From contig NC_135808.1 in assembly GCF_964213995.1 (NCBI RefSeq), positions 23,188,001-23,252,000 of the forward strand: a stretch of DNA of 64,000 nt, read 5' to 3'. The notes beneath the pieces were generated by a model. It was not told the origin of the DNA. It saw only the letters and a program-made list of their open reading frames with translations, and did not search any database. The position numbers were made by a program, and so were the translations under genes. Shown piece after piece: positions 14,701-29,521 of the stretch; the first letter of the stretch is position 1; every line of letters begins with the position of its first letter. This DNA comes from Mustelus asterias (taxonomy: Eukaryota).

Positions 14701-17700
14701 CTGTGTTTGTTAAATTCTGAAACAAAAGACTAAAATTCACACTCCAAAAGCTTGGAAATTGTTGACCAAATGAGCACATCAGAATGAAGGATATCACTGA
14801 AACAATACGATTTCTAGATATGGGACTGTTGGAGTTTGAAGACATGTACCATCTGCTTTGAAATTACAGATCCCTTTTCCTTTAGCCAGTTAATGTTATC
14901 AAAATTGTCTCGATTTTAGAATTTTCCAACGGGATCTCAGTAGTAAATACATATTGCCATAACAGGAGTGTGACTCAGCTTTCCAAACCTGTTTTTTGTT
15001 TCTTTCTGCGACTTAAAAATAAATGAAAACAACTTGTATAATTTGGTATCCTTAAACTCCCTGTGGGGATTTCATGGGTGTATAATTGAAAGGCACCGAG
15101 GATGTATCACTCAGAGTTTAATTCAACGGGTAGATCATATCAGAGTATACTATGGAATCATTTGAGATTATCAGAAAAATATACCACATGATTCTTGCTG
15201 TCATCGGTGTCCCGGGTAAGTGAGTATGACCTTTGAAGTTGTGTTTATCTATGAGTATGAGTTTGTCTCTGGTTTTACACTGATTTGATGGTCACCATTA
15301 TACAAGCACAAAATCAACGATGTTTTAAGTCAAGTGGCCTTGAAGTACCCCAAGGGTTTTATTATTTTATGTCCACTGAAAGTAAGACACCGAGTATTTG
15401 CTCATAGTGGAACACTTTGTACAACACAATAGATTTTAGCACCGTGAATTAGCAAAGTGAAGCAAATACTTGGAGTATCTATCACCGTAGCATTGTACCG
15501 AGTATGATTCTTAACTGGAATAGAACACTTGTCACTAGAGAATTGAACTGTGTGGGTCACTGATTGGAGTGGAACTCCTGACCTCATTTACCATGTAATA
15601 CTGGGAGCATGTTTCATTGTGCAATTGTACTGAGTGTGGTCTCTAACTGGAATGGAACTCCTTACACCAGTAACCACGCACAGCTGGCAATATTTGTCAT
15701 TGTGGAACTGTACTGAGTGGGTTACCTTTCTGAGTGGAACCAATTGGTTTCCCTCTTAGAACTGCTGTTTCAGGTGAATGATCTCTCCTTTGCATGGAGA
15801 CGTCTCTATGATTCACAAAGGTAATCGATGACAACGGAGCAAATCTTTGCTGTTGTATTTTCTAATACTTGGATAGAGCAGAATATGTTGATATTGATGA
15901 AAAAAGAGACAGGTGGTGTGTTTTTGTTCTGCATTCCTCAGAACACTTTGCATTAATATCCACGTCAGGAGTATGCCCTGATGTCTGCAAGACAAAAAGC
16001 TGCATCATCTCATTTTATTTCAGCAACACTTTAGTTCTGTACGGCCAGATGACTAATTATATTCGTACTGCTCTGTTCCATTCTGAACTGTATCAACAAG
16101 AGCTCATTGTAACTGTTTACTCAGAGGTTCACAGGAGGGCAGTATTGGCACTATTCCCTATTCTGACGATTATTAATTAACAGATAGCTGAGCCTCCAAC
16201 TGAGGTTTTACCTTCTCATTATCCATTCATCAAATCTTTCCTCCCTTATCAATATTTAATTATTATTCAGATTTTTCCTTCAATGTATTCACAATTGTTT
16301 AGTGTTGAATTGGAGAAGGTCATCAATTTCAATTTTCCTCCCCTGTCATCTCTGATTGTATGAGTTCAGCACCTACATTCAAAGGATTGCTACCAACCAG
16401 TTACCCTTTACAAATAATGGGCAAAAAGGTTGTTTTCTGATCCAAGACCTGGCATGCATTCCGACAAGACAGTCCAGTTACAACCATTTCTTAAAACCCG
16501 CGGGTGGGAGGCAGTTGATACAGCTGCTAAGGACCTGAGGGCAGGCTTCCCAAATGCATCACTCACCCATGGGTTTGGGATTCTTCCCAGCGTGTTCCCA
16601 TATAATGCCCCAAAAATTCAACAGGTCAGGATATCCTCGCAAACTTTGAAGTGGTATTAGGCTCCTCAGTGTCATAGAAACCCAATTCCAAATGCAGAGG
16701 TAGTTCAGTCACGGGGCTTCGATTACCACTTAATACTGCAATTGTCAAGGATCTGTTGCTTTTATGTATCGTAAACTTCTTATATTACACAATTGCAGGA
16801 ATTAATCCCGAAGAATATAATGATTCTTCATACACCTTTAAGGAAGTTGCATATGTGCTGGTTCAAGACCTTAATGAAATACCCAGTTATATGAATTATT
16901 CAATTTACAAGTAAAGAAAGGAAAAGAGGGAAACCCCTCCATACTTCAATCAATTGAATGCTATCAAGAATCGTTTTGAATCAAAAAGTGCCCCTAATAG
17001 CAGTTGTGTCTGTGGGGGAAAAGGGCTTTAATTCATTTTGAAGCCAGATGGTGATTTATGGAACAAGGTGATGTTCTTTCAATCAATAACATATTTGCTT
17101 ACATAATGGAACATTGCATTGTTGTTTTTCCTGAAGGATAACGTACAGTAATGTTAAAATAAATGTCTCTTTGCACAACATAGGTTAACTAATTGACTCA
17201 TGAACTTCCCCCTCAAAGAGGAAATGTTTCTTTGTAATCTTTTGATTCGAGTGATTAAACACGACAACTAACAGACAAATCAAGTCATGTCAGGAAATCC
17301 TGATAATGTGAAAATCAAGGAAATTTAATAATTGAGAATATGTTCCGCTGCCTGTAAGCATTTATTTCTACAGATACGGAAACTGTGCAGTTGCAGAGAA
17401 ATCTTTGCTGATGGAACTAGTGATTTTGTCATGATGATAAATCTAAAAAAAACTTGTAACACACATGTTGAGCAGAAAACTTAGTAACAATGGAGAATAG
17501 AATGCCAAGGTGTGAATAAACATGTTTGAGGATTAAAGGAGGAGATGAGGTTTGAACTTTACAATTGCATTCGAAATCGTGAACTCATGAGATGAATGTA
17601 ATTTAGAGTGACTTCTGAGGAGGTCAGTTCAGATAAAGGATGATCAAAATGGGAATCAGTATGTTGGGACGCATGCAATTTAGCTGTTGGGAGAACTCAG

Positions 17701-17929
17701 TCTGCAGAAGGAAAAGCTGTGTGAACTCCCATCAAACTCTGTCTGTTGGAAAGTCTGTTTGGCAAACTGTTTCTTTTGCCCTACGCCAGAAGAAATCCCA
17801 AAAGTTATAACTGCCTGGTGTGGTAACCATGACTGTATTTTGCCAACAGAAATAGCTCTGAATTTATGGAAGATAGAAGGATTTGGAACTGGATACAGAT
17901 AAAAACTTTGTGTGTGGTTATTAAATTCG

Positions 17930-19740
17930 TGAAGTGTATTTCTCGTTCACTTTCTTGTGTGTTCTGTTATTAAATACACCGTCATTTTATTTAATTTAAA
18001 ATCACTGCAGAGACGTTTAGGGCATCCTTCTTTGATTTTCACATCCTTCCTCACAGTTTGCCAAATAACAAAAAAACAGTTCAGAGCAGGATTTTCAAGC
18101 TTCCCATCTGGAACTTGGAATAATCGTAGGGTCTAACATTAGCTGTGCCGTTAAAAATGAACTAAGTAGCAAATCAAATAAAAACTAGCTACCAGTCCTG
18201 TAAAGGGATACCACAACAAAATGAAACATTTGTAGATAAAAACTATCAACGTAATATTCCTGGAACTGATAATGCACTTCCAGCCTCTGTTCGGGTACTA
18301 AACAGCAAAACCAAGCGATGTCATAAAGTTCGACTGGACTCCAAGTATTTGTCATTTTGGTATTAATGTGAAAATAAGATGTTTCACACTAGATATGATT
18401 CTATTGATGCTAGGAAGCTATTACCGAAACAACCTTTATTTCACAAATGAATCAGTTAACATTTAACATTTGAACAATACTTAAACGTGGTAGGATAGGT
18501 CTTATACTCGTTCCAATTCAAGCAATATTTGCATTACAGGCTTAAAACACCCTTCAAATAAAACTGGCAAGCAACTCGTACTTATCTCCTGGAACTTGTT
18601 AACAGTCTGAGATCATTTTGAACACCTCTGAAGAGAGAGAGAGAGAGACCTCTCAGTTTTGGTCAGTAATTCTCAATTGTTTGAAAACAAAAATGAAACT
18701 AAAGCACTGGCTTTCCTGCAAGTATAGCTCCTGTCTTTAATTACATGGCTGTCAATCAACCTAATCAAAACCCTTCTCTGAAACTCAAAATGAAACCTAA
18801 GTAAACAAAAATGCATTAGCTGTTTAGGCAAAACACACCATCAGCTAAAATTTGTCATCCTACATTCTCAACATTTGAGCTGCCGGTTGCAGGGGGAGGA
18901 AAATGTGCTCATTCCTGCTGCAAATGAACAGGGACTGCTTTAGTATTTGAGGAGTCATGAGGAGCACTGTGAACTGTTAGCTAACCCATTTAGGTCCCGT
19001 GATGTCAGGGAAAGTTAACAACGATGCAGTTGAAGATAGTTGGGCCTCGAACATTATGCCTTGAATTCAGTTCTTTTGCCCATATTTGACCGAGGCTGCA
19101 TGAGATGTTAAAGTTTATTTATGATGGTTTATTTATGAGTCACATCTGGTCAAAAATGGTTACTGATAACGGAACCTTAATCTCCTTAAGTAATACATTA
19201 ACACTGCAAAGTGAAATTCCCCTTTTCGCCATAGTACAGCACCTGTTCGGGTCAAAGCACCTCACCTGTATGTGTTTTAGAATGTAGATGGTATCCGGAG
19301 CATCCGGAGGAAACCCATGCAGACACGGGGAGAACTTGAAGTCTCCACACAGACCGTGAACAAAACCCGGGATTCAAACCCGGGTCCCTGGCGCTGTGAA
19401 GCAGCGGTGCTAACCGCTGTGCTACTGTACGACTGCGCTAATTATGTCCGGAGCCGAGTAGTTCTGGCAGAGCAGCAATGAGCAAGAAAATGCTGAGTAA
19501 GTCCTGATTGGTAGTGTTGTCAGAAACATCTTCAATCATTGCTGAGGAGATTGATTAATTGACCGGATTGAATGACGACTGCTCTTTGTGGTCTCCCATC
19601 AAAATTGATCGGTTTTTTTTACAGAACATGTCTTGGAAATTTTCAGTAAAGTTCACTCTTCCCCGATTACCCATGCCTGTGATTGAAAATGAAAACCCTT
19701 TATATCCCACAACACCCTTTGAGTCATGAGTTCAAAGATC
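17930..19740 (+). repeat. Old segmental duplicate of 70-5700 (with internal deletions)
   Basis: 17935-18890 aligns with 73-1044, 19020-19100 and 19435-19590 with 4710-4950, and 19625-19735 with 5580-5695. Confidence 0.85.
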
Positions 19741-19744
19741 CTAC

Positions 19745-20497
19745 GCCCCACCCCCCACCCCCCCCAACAACCTCCCCACCCCCCCACCCCCCTCACCCCC
19801 CTACCTCCACCCCACCGCCAACCCCACCCCCCCACCCCCCCCACACCCCCACCCCCCAACACCCCCACCCCCCCCCACCCGCCCCGCCACCACCCCCCCA
19901 CCCCCCCAACACCCTAACCCCCCCACCCCCCCACCCCCCCAACTCCCAACCCCCCGCACCCCACCCCACCTCCCACCCCACAGCCAACCCCACCCCCCCA
20001 ACACCCCCCCACCACCCCACCATCCCCCCACCCCACCACCCCCCCACCCCACCACCCCCCCCCACCCCACCACCCCCCCCCACCCCACCACCCCCCCCAC
20101 CCCACCACCCGCCCCACCCCCCCACCCCCCTGCACCCCCCCACCCCCCCAACCCACCCCGCCACCACCCCCACCACCCCACCACGCCCCCACCCCCCCAC
20201 CCACCACTCCCCACCCCCCAACTCCCCACCCCCCCCACCCACCCCCCCCACCCACCCCCCACCCACCCCCCCACCCACCCCCCACCCACCCCCCACCACC
20301 CCCCCACCATCCCCCCACCATCCCCCCACCACCCCCCCACCATCCCCCCACCACCCCCCCACCATCCCCCCACCACCCCCCCACCATCCCCCCACCACCC
20401 CCCCACCATCCCCCCACCACCCCCCCACCACCCCCCCACCCTCTCCACCCCCCCACACCCCCCACCCACCCCCCCACCCCCACCCACCCCCCCCCCT
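19745..20497. repeat. C/A low-complexity tract (G-rich on the minus strand)
   Basis: About 750 nt of almost pure C runs separated by A. Confidence 0.95.
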
Positions 20498-23400
20498 TTG
20501 CAGGAGACACGTACCCTTGCAATACCCCAAAACATGTACTGGAGGATCGGAATGCCCCCTCCCCCAAGTTCCCCAGTGTTACAATGTAACAGGTGATAAC
20601 ATTATATATGTTGTAATGTGACCTTGGATAACAAGTTGTAAGTGACAGCTGACCCAGTAAACCATATAACTAATAACAGAATGATGTTGTAATCAGCTGA
20701 CCAGCTGACTCAGTATAAATAAGAACCTGTTGCAAATTGTCAGATTGCTTGTAAGGGCCCAGGGTAAGGCCTCAAGTTTGGAGTAATGCAGTTTCTTTAT
20801 TAAAACTTTTCTTTGATTTATAAGTTGGAGTAAGGAATGTTCTATTTTTTATTGTCTACACAGGAAGAGATCCTTCTGGATCAACACCCAAGAGCTGCTC
20901 AGTATTTTTAAACTCCCAATCGACAATTAGCCCACACCTGGAACCAACCGAATCTCCATTTTGAATCGGAGTCTTCAGTTGGTTCAGGTTTTATGAGCAG
21001 AATAGTTACCCAGGAAATGTTAGAAGAATCACTACCACTTCCAATTTTCCACCGCAATGGTGATGCGATTACCCCACCTCACAACCCTGTGACAATGTGA
21101 CTCCTATTCCCACTGACAACCCCACCTCTCCGTCCCGTCTACATGAGACCCTGATCATCTGACTCCCACGATGTCCCATCTCCCTGTACCTCTAACTTTG
21201 CAAGTCCCTGAACCACAACCCCCTAAATTGCTTGACTAGCCTCCACCACATGTATTCCCTGATGTCCCCCCTAATCAACTGACTCATCACCCTCCCTCCC
21301 CCCCCGCCCCCACACTTACTTTACATACTTAAATTCCCACCTGCAAAATGGGTGGAAGATACAGATTTACAGCAGGTGGAACCATAAAATGGGAATATGG
21401 ATTCACTCCTCTGATAATGCTCTTCCACACAGAATTGACCCTGCAGCAGCTATGGTGCACATTGGCCGATTTTAAGGAAGGATGGATGGACCATGAAGAG
21501 ATAATCCCATCTACAATATCACATATCAGCTGACATTGAAACCAGGAAGGAATACATTCCTGTCCAGTAATCAGCCATTAAGTTGTGATGCCATGGTTGT
21601 CGGCTACTATGACGTCAACCCCACTGCCTTACCCAAGCTCTTCTGTTTATGTATGGTCCATTCAGCAGGTCTTATGCAGACAGGAACCCACCCCTCCACC
21701 CTCAATGGAGTGATTGGAAAAGAACAAGAGAAATAGAGATAGAAGATGGAGTGTGTGGTGGGGTGGGGATGGAGGGGTGGTGGGGGTGTATGCAGGTTGA
21801 ATCAAATATCTCCAAAAGTCAAATATTCAGAATACTGCAAACAAAATGTTGACATTTGCAGCATTCCATCTTTTAAGCAAATATTGTTTCTATCTGAGCC
21901 GGTATGAGTAGCTGAGTGGAGGTGGAGCAAAGCATGCCCTGGCGATTCTTTTAACCCCCCATTTACATTGTGGGGACTGGAATATCTCACCGGCGGGAAG
22001 GGCGAGAACATTTAGCCACATGGTTGCTCTTCCCATCATGTCCTGTAGGGGACCTTGTAATTCTCTTCCTCCCCACTGTCCGTATCCAAATATCGACCTC
22101 CACCCCTCCAACATGACCAGTACCATCACGACAACTGGAGGTATTTTTATATCCTCAGTCATTCAGTTGATTGAATGTTCCAAACATGAAATCTAAGCTC
22201 CAGTACTCGCCTCTGGTCTGCTATCAGTTGTTTTGTTTATTAAGTTGTTGAATAATGGATGGAAATGGATATTTCACCACACTCTTGAACTGCTCTCTAA
22301 ACTTGAACTGAGTCACACCATAAATAAATGAATTTGTACAGCAATTTAAATTCAGAAGCACCACTCCAACTGTGCAAGAATGTACATAAGATTACTGTGA
22401 TACACATGGTTAATTCCTGTAATAATATAATATCAGAAATGTATAACATATAATAACCACAAAAGTATAAAGCTGCCAGATATGGTGAAGAGTAAGATCA
22501 TGGACTTCCTTCTGCACTCCATCTCTGGGTCACTGCCATTCTCTCCCTTGTTCCAACCCCTCAATGCCTTACGGGCTCGACTGGTCACCAGAATGTACCT
22601 GACTGTCAGAGCGTTGAGCAACAGTATTAAAACAATGGGATCAATGTGGTTAAAATGTTATCAAACCAACTATATGCCACCCATGCAGGATCGGTCTAAT
22701 AACTAAACTTTTCATTACAGAACCAGGGAACATTGTCAATTATCTCTCCAGGTTCAAATCTAAAGTACATGGTCATATCTTTTAAACAAAGCAGAATGCA
22801 AGTTTTTGTTCGAATCATGGCTGCTGTTTTCTCAGTGCAGGATTTTATCTTCAACTTCTGATCACAAATGACCACAAATCGATCAAATGAGAACATAACA
22901 GTGAACCAGACTGCAGCTGTATGTCAGGATGAAGGTAATACTACACACGGGGTGATTTCAAGGAAAGATGTGGGGAAATATTAGGAACCAAACCAATATT
23001 GTATGATTATAGTATGATTGCAGTGATAATTAGCAGTAGATCCGCTGTTGCATGGCAACCAGGTAGCGAGTGGTGCAGGTGGAGAGGCCGCATTTTCCCC
23101 GCCACTAGATTAACTGCAAGAGACAGGACAAAAAATATTGATCTGTCTCCATGCCCGATGGTTGGAGGCGAATCTGGTGTTCAGATGCTAATAATTACGT
23201 TTCCAACCTGACGCCATCCACTTTTGGTTATATTGGTGATGGGGGAGAAACAGCCCAAATTGTTCAACTTTTTAATTAGGTTGGCAGGCAGTGATATAAT
23301 CAGTTCCACATGTACACGTTGTCATGTTCCCCAGGCCTCATACAATGAAACAGCCCCCACCTTCAATGGCGAAAAGATTAACTTAATATAAGGCAGGTCC

Positions 23401-24134
23401 ATTCAAAATTCTGATGGCAGCAGGGAAGAAACTGATCTTAAGTCGGTTGGTAAGTGACCTCAGATTTTTGTATCTTTTCCCCGATAGAAGAATGTGGAAG
23501 ACAGCATGGGGTGCATGGGGTCCTTGATTATGCTGGCTCCTTTTTTCTGAGGCAGCGGGAAGTGTAGACGGAGTTAATGGATGGGAGACTGTTTTCCATT
23601 TGAAAATTGCGCTGAGGAAAATATCTGGTTCACTAATGGCCTTCGTGGGAATAAATCTGATCTGTTTATTTGTTTGGACTCACATATGACTCCAGAATCG
23701 CTGCAATGTTGTTGACTCTTAAAGTGCTCTTGAATGTAGCCTATCAAATCACAGAGTTCAAGTACAATTAGGGATGGGCAATACATACTTACCCAGCCAA
23801 TGAAGCTCACATCCCATAAATGAAATAGAAAGACTTCAGCATTAATGGAGCAAGTCCTGGAAGGATGTTGGGAGGAAATCTAATCAAGAAAGGTGGGGTA
23901 GTCAGTGCATTCATAGTAAACGTTGGGGAACAGCCATTCCACTGAAATGGAGATGGACAGTTCGGGAATCAAATAAGATGAATCACATGAAGATGGGCCG
24001 AGTGTCCTTCTCTGCATTGCAGGGACTCTATAAAATACTAAACAGGTTAGATTAAGAGGGACTAAGAGCCATTCTGCCCATCGTAGGGGGTTTAATTACT
24101 GACAGAAACAAATTGGACTGGGCAGTTTCAGTAG

Positions 24135-25431
24135 TGTAAATGGATACAACATTGGCCTGGTAACAGAACAGTAAGAAGTCTCACAACACCAGGTTAAAGT
24201 CCAACAGGTTTATTTGGTAGCAAATATCATAAGCTTTCGGAAAGCTTATGGTATTTGCTACCAAATAAACCTGTTGGACTTTAACCTGGTGTTGTGAGAC
24301 TTCTTACTGTGCTTACCCCAGTCCAACGCCGGCATCTCCACATCCTGGTAACAGAAGACAGAGGGTGGGTGTGGAGGGTTGTTTTTCAAACTGGAGCCCT
24401 GTGACAAGGGTGTGCCTCAGGGATCAGTTCTGGGTCGACTGTTATTTGTCATTTATATTAATGATTTGGGTGAGAATATAGGAGACATGGTTACTAAGTT
24501 TGCAGATGGCACAAAGATTGGTGGCATAGTGGACAGTGAAGAAACTTATCTCGGATTGCAACAGGATCTTGATCAATTGGGCCAGTGGGCTGACGAATGG
24601 CAGGTGGAGTTTAATTTAGATAAATGCGAGTTGATGCATGTTGGTAGATTGAACCAGGGTAGGACTTGTTCAGTTTTTGGTAGGGCGTTGGGGAGAGCTA
24701 CAGAACAACGAGATCTCAGGGTATATGTTCCTGGCTCCTTGAAAGTGGAGTCGCAGGTGGACAGAGTGGTGAAGAAAGCATTCAGGATGTTTGATTTCAT
24801 TGGTCAGAACATTGAATACAGGAGTTGGGACGTCTTGCTAAAGTTGTATAAGACATTGGTAAGGCCACACTTGGAATACTGTGTACATTTCTGGTCACCC
24901 GATTATAGAAAGGATATTTTTAAACTAGAAAGAGTGCAGAAAAGATCTACTAGGATGCTACCGGGACTTGATGGTTTGCGTCATAAGGAGAGGCTGGATA
25001 GACTGGGACTTTTTTCTCTGGAGCGTAGAAGGCTGAGGGATGATCTTATAGAGATCTGTAAAATAATGAGGCACATAGATCAGCTAAATAGTCAATATCT
25101 TTTCTCAAAGGTAGGGGAGTCTAAAACTACAGAGCATAGGTTTTAATGTGAGAGGAGAGAGATACAAACGTGTCCAGAGGGGCAATGTTTTCACACAGAG
25201 GGTGGTGAGTGTTTGGAACAAGCTGCCAGAGGTAGTAGTAGAGGTGGGTACAATCTTGTTTTTTTGAAAGCATTTAGACAGTTACATAGGTGGGATGGGT
25301 ACTGAGGGATATGGGCCAAATGTTGGTCATTGGGACTACCTTCGGGGTTTAAAATAAAACGGTGGCATGGACAATTTGGGTTGAAGGTCTTGTTTCCATG
25401 TTGTAGACCTCTATGACCTCTATGACTCCAT
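24135..25431 (+). mobile_element. CR1-clade LINE fragment, interrupted by the Penelope palindrome
   Basis: ORF 24379-25146 has RT motifs; tail ctctatgacc/ctccatg. Confidence 0.9.
24169..24343. mobile_element. Palindromic Penelope pLTR fragment inserted in a CR1 LINE
   Basis: Near-perfect inverted repeat over 24169-24309, centred about 24239. The 13-bp TSD is CCTGGTAACAGAA (24156-24168, 24344-24356). Confidence 0.88.
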
Positions 25432-26619
25432 GTAAGTGCAATTTTGTTCTATGCAGCTGGATTATTAATTACGAAATCAACAGTTCTTTCATAATATTGC
25501 AGATATTGAAGTGACTTACTCATGAAGAAGTGCTCTGTTAATCTAATTATTAACATTTTAATAATGTTTATGCTTACTGTCCTCACACTGATATCTATGT
25601 CTTGAAGGCCGATATCTATGCTCATCCTGAGAGAAAAAGCCTCATTGAGTTAAGGGTGGAAATTGGTGTTTGTTACATATGTGAAATACAGAATTACTAG
25701 TCTGTCAAATTAATCCGTAACAGGAATGGATACCCCCAGTCCGATGAAACTGAAAGAAAATCAAATACAACACTCATAACCACAGAACAATGTTGGAATA
25801 AAAACTACAATTGATACTAAAATGATTAGCACACAGTGTTTGCAGCAACCATACTTACTGGAACCCCAGAATCCCTCTAGTGCAGAAGGAGACCATTCAG
25901 CCCATTGAGTCTGTACCGACTCTCTGAAGGAACATCTTGTACTCCTCACCCTTCCGCCCTTTCCCCTTAACCCCATTCTCAATGGCCAATTCATCTCGCT
26001 TGCACAGCTTTAGACATGAAGGGGCAATAGAGCGTCGCCAACTCACATAATCAGACCTTTGAGTGGACCCACCATATATTAAGCTAATCTTTCTCGACAC
26101 CCTAGCTGTGACTATAAGACTACATTCTGCACCCTCTCCTTTCCTTCTCCCCTATGTATTCTATGAATGGTATATTTTGTCCGTATAATACGCAAGAAAA
26201 AAATACCTTTCACTGTATCCCAATACATGTGACAATAATAAATCAAATCAGATAAAAACTGGAGCACTGGGATGAAGCGCACACAAACATGGGGAGAACA
26301 TGCAAACTCTGCACAGTCAATGTAGCAGCAATTCATTTTAATGCTTACTGTCCTCAGACTGATATCTATGTCTTGAACGTGTTATCCAACAGTTATCTGC
26401 TCTTAAATAGTTGAATCGATTTCTCTTGGTATATTTTGAAATGAGACAGAGCAATATCAATACATTTCAGTGGAAGCATCTCATCAAACAACTGGACAAG
26501 TCTCCTATGTTACCTTTGGTTACATTGATAACTACTAAGATAGATCCATGGAGTAGAGAGAACGATTCGTCACCTCAACCAATGATACAAAAATGAATCA
26601 GCTTGTACTGCTCCAGTTA

Positions 26620-28320
26620 GAGTCATAGAGTCAAAGAGTTTTATAGCATGGAAACAGGCCCTTCGGCCAACTTTCCAATGCCGCCCATTTTTAACTCCTA
26701 AAGCTAGTCCCAATTGCCCGCATTTGGCCCATACCCCTCTATACTAACCTAACCCATGTAAGTCTCTAAACGCTTTTTAAAAGACAAAATTGTAACCGTC
26801 TCTATTACTACCTCTGGCAGCTTGTACCAGACACTCACCACCCTCTGGACCCTTTTGTATATTACCCCCTCTCACCATAAATCTATGCCCTTTAGTTTCA
26901 GACTCCCCTACCTTTGGAAAAGTATATTGACTATCTAGCTGATCTACGCCCCTCATTATTACATAGACGTGGATAAGATCACCCCTCAGCCTCCTACGCT
27001 CCAGAGAAAAAAAGTCGCAGTCTGTCCAGCCTTTCCTTATTACTCAAACCATCAAGTCCCGGTAGCATCCTAGTTAATCTTTTCTGCACTCTTTCTAGTT
27101 TAAAAATATCCTTTCTATAATCGGGTGACCAGAAATGTACACAGTTATCCAAGTGTGGCCTCACCACTCTCTTGTACAACTTCAAAAAGACGTCCCAACT
27201 CCTGTATTCAATGTTCTGGCCAATTAAACCAAGCATGCCGAATGCATTCTTCACCACTCTGTCCACCTGTGACTTCATTTTCAAGGAGCTATGAACCTGT
27301 ACTCCGAGATCTCTGATATATAACTCTCTCAAAGCCCTATCATTAACTGAGTAAGTCCTGCCCTGTTTCGATCAACCAAAATGCATCACCTCGCATTTCC
27401 CTAAATTAAACTCCATTTGCCATTCATCAGCCCACTGGCCCAATTGATCAAGATCCCGTTGCAATCCTGGATAACCTTCTTCACTGTCCACTGCGTCACC
27501 ACTCGTGGTGTCATCTGCAAACTTAGTAACTATGCCTACTAAATTCCCATCTAAATCGTTAATATAAAAGACAAATAACAGTGGACCCAGCAATGATGCC
27601 TGAGGCACACCGCTGGTCACAGGCATCCAGTTTGAGAAACAACGCTCGGCAGCCACCAGCTGTCTTCTGTCAAGTAGACAATTTTGTATCCATTTCGCTA
27701 CCTCACCCTGGATCCCGTGAGATTTAAAATTGTGCAACAACCTACATGTGTTACCTTGTCAAAGGTCTTATTAAATTCCATGTCGATAACATCACCTGCA
27801 CTGCACTCATCTACCTTTTTGGTTACCCCCTCCAAAAAACTCAATTAAGTTTGTGAGATACAATTTTCCACTCACAAAGCCATGCTGACCATCCCTAACC
27901 AGTCCTTGCGTCTCTAAATGCCTTTAGATCCAGTCTTTCCAAATACCTTCTCAAAACTTAACAACTACGTATGTGAGGCTCACCGGCCTGTCGTTCCCAG
28001 GCTTTTCCCTGCAGCCCTTTTTAAACAAAGGCACAACATTTGCCACCCTCCAATCTTCAGGCACCTCATCCGTGACTATCAGTGATTCAAATATCTTCGT
28101 TAGGAGACCCGCAATTTCCTCTGTAGCCTGGGATACTCTTCGCCAGGTCCCGGGGATTTATCTACCTTGATGCGCTTTAAGACTTCCAGCACCTCCTTCT
28201 CTGTTGTAAGTTCTCCTCAAGACAGCACTATTTATTTCCCCAAGTTCCCGAACTTCCATGCTTTTCTCAACAGTGAATACTGAGGAGAAATTTTCTCTTA
28301 GGATCTCACCCATCTCTTGA
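26620..28320 (-). mobile_element. CR1-clade LINE, frameshifted
   Basis: ORF pieces 26994-27332 and 27372-27740 have GVPQ and FADD motifs; (ACTCTATG)n-like tail at 26620. Confidence 0.9.
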
Positions 28321-29486
28321 CGTCAGGATGTGAACCCCAAAACACCAACACCCAGAGAGAGAGAGAGACATCAGGGTGTGAACCCCAAAACACCAACACC
28401 CAGAGAGAGAGAGAGACATCAGGGTGTGAACCCCAAAACACCAACACCCAGAGAGAGAGAGACATCAGGGTGTGAACCCCAAAACACCAACACCCAGAGA
28501 GAGAGAGAGAGAGAGACATCAGGGTGTGAACCCCAAAACCCAGCACACACAGAGAGAGAGAGAGAGAGAGACATCAGGGTGTGAACCCCAAAACACAAAC
28601 ACCCAGAGAGAGAGAGAGACATCAGGGTGTGAACACCAAAACACCAACACCCAGAGAGAGAGAGAGACATCAGGGTGTGAACCCCAAAACACCAACACCC
28701 AGAGAGAGAGAGAGAGAGACATCAGGGTGTGAACCCCAAAACACCAACACCCAGAGAGAGAGAGAGAGAGAGACATCAGGGTGTGAACACCAAATCACCA
28801 ACACCCAGAGAGAGAGAGAGAGAGACATCAGGGTGTGAACCCCAAAACACCAACACCCAGAGAGAGAGACATCAGGGTGTGAACCCCAAAACCCAGCACA
28901 CACAGAGAGAGAGAGACATCAGGGTGTGAACCCCAAAACACAAACACCCAGAGAGAGAGAGAGACATCAGGGTGTGAACCCCAAAACACCAACACCCAGA
29001 GAGAGAGACATCAGGGTGTGAACCCCAAAACACCAACACCCAGAGAGAGAGAGAGAGAGAGACATCAGGGTGTGAACCCCAAAACACCAACGCCCAGAGA
29101 GAGAGAGAGAGAGAGACATCAGGGTGTGAACCCCAAAACACCAACGCCCAGAGAGAGAGAGAGAGAGAGACATCAGGGTGTGAACCCCAAAACACCAACA
29201 CTCAGAGAGAGAGAGAGAGAGAGACATCAGGGTGTGAACCCCAAAACACCAACACCCAGAGAGAGAGAGACATCAGGGTGTGAACCCCAAAACAACAACA
29301 CCCAGAGAGAGAGAGAGAGACATCAGGATGTGAACCCCAAAACCCAGCACACAGAGAGAGAGAGACATCAGGGTGTGAACCCCAAAACCCAACACACAGA
29401 GAGAGAGAGAGACATCAGGGTGTGAACCCCAAAACCCAACACCCAGAGAGAGAGAGACATCAGGGTGTGAACCCCAAAACACCAAA

Positions 29487-29521
<35 letters not shown>

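Noticed and set aside
19683-20621. Pro-rich and Gly-rich ORFs resembling extensin
   Set aside because: They arise from a stop-free C/A low-complexity tract that is open in most frames.
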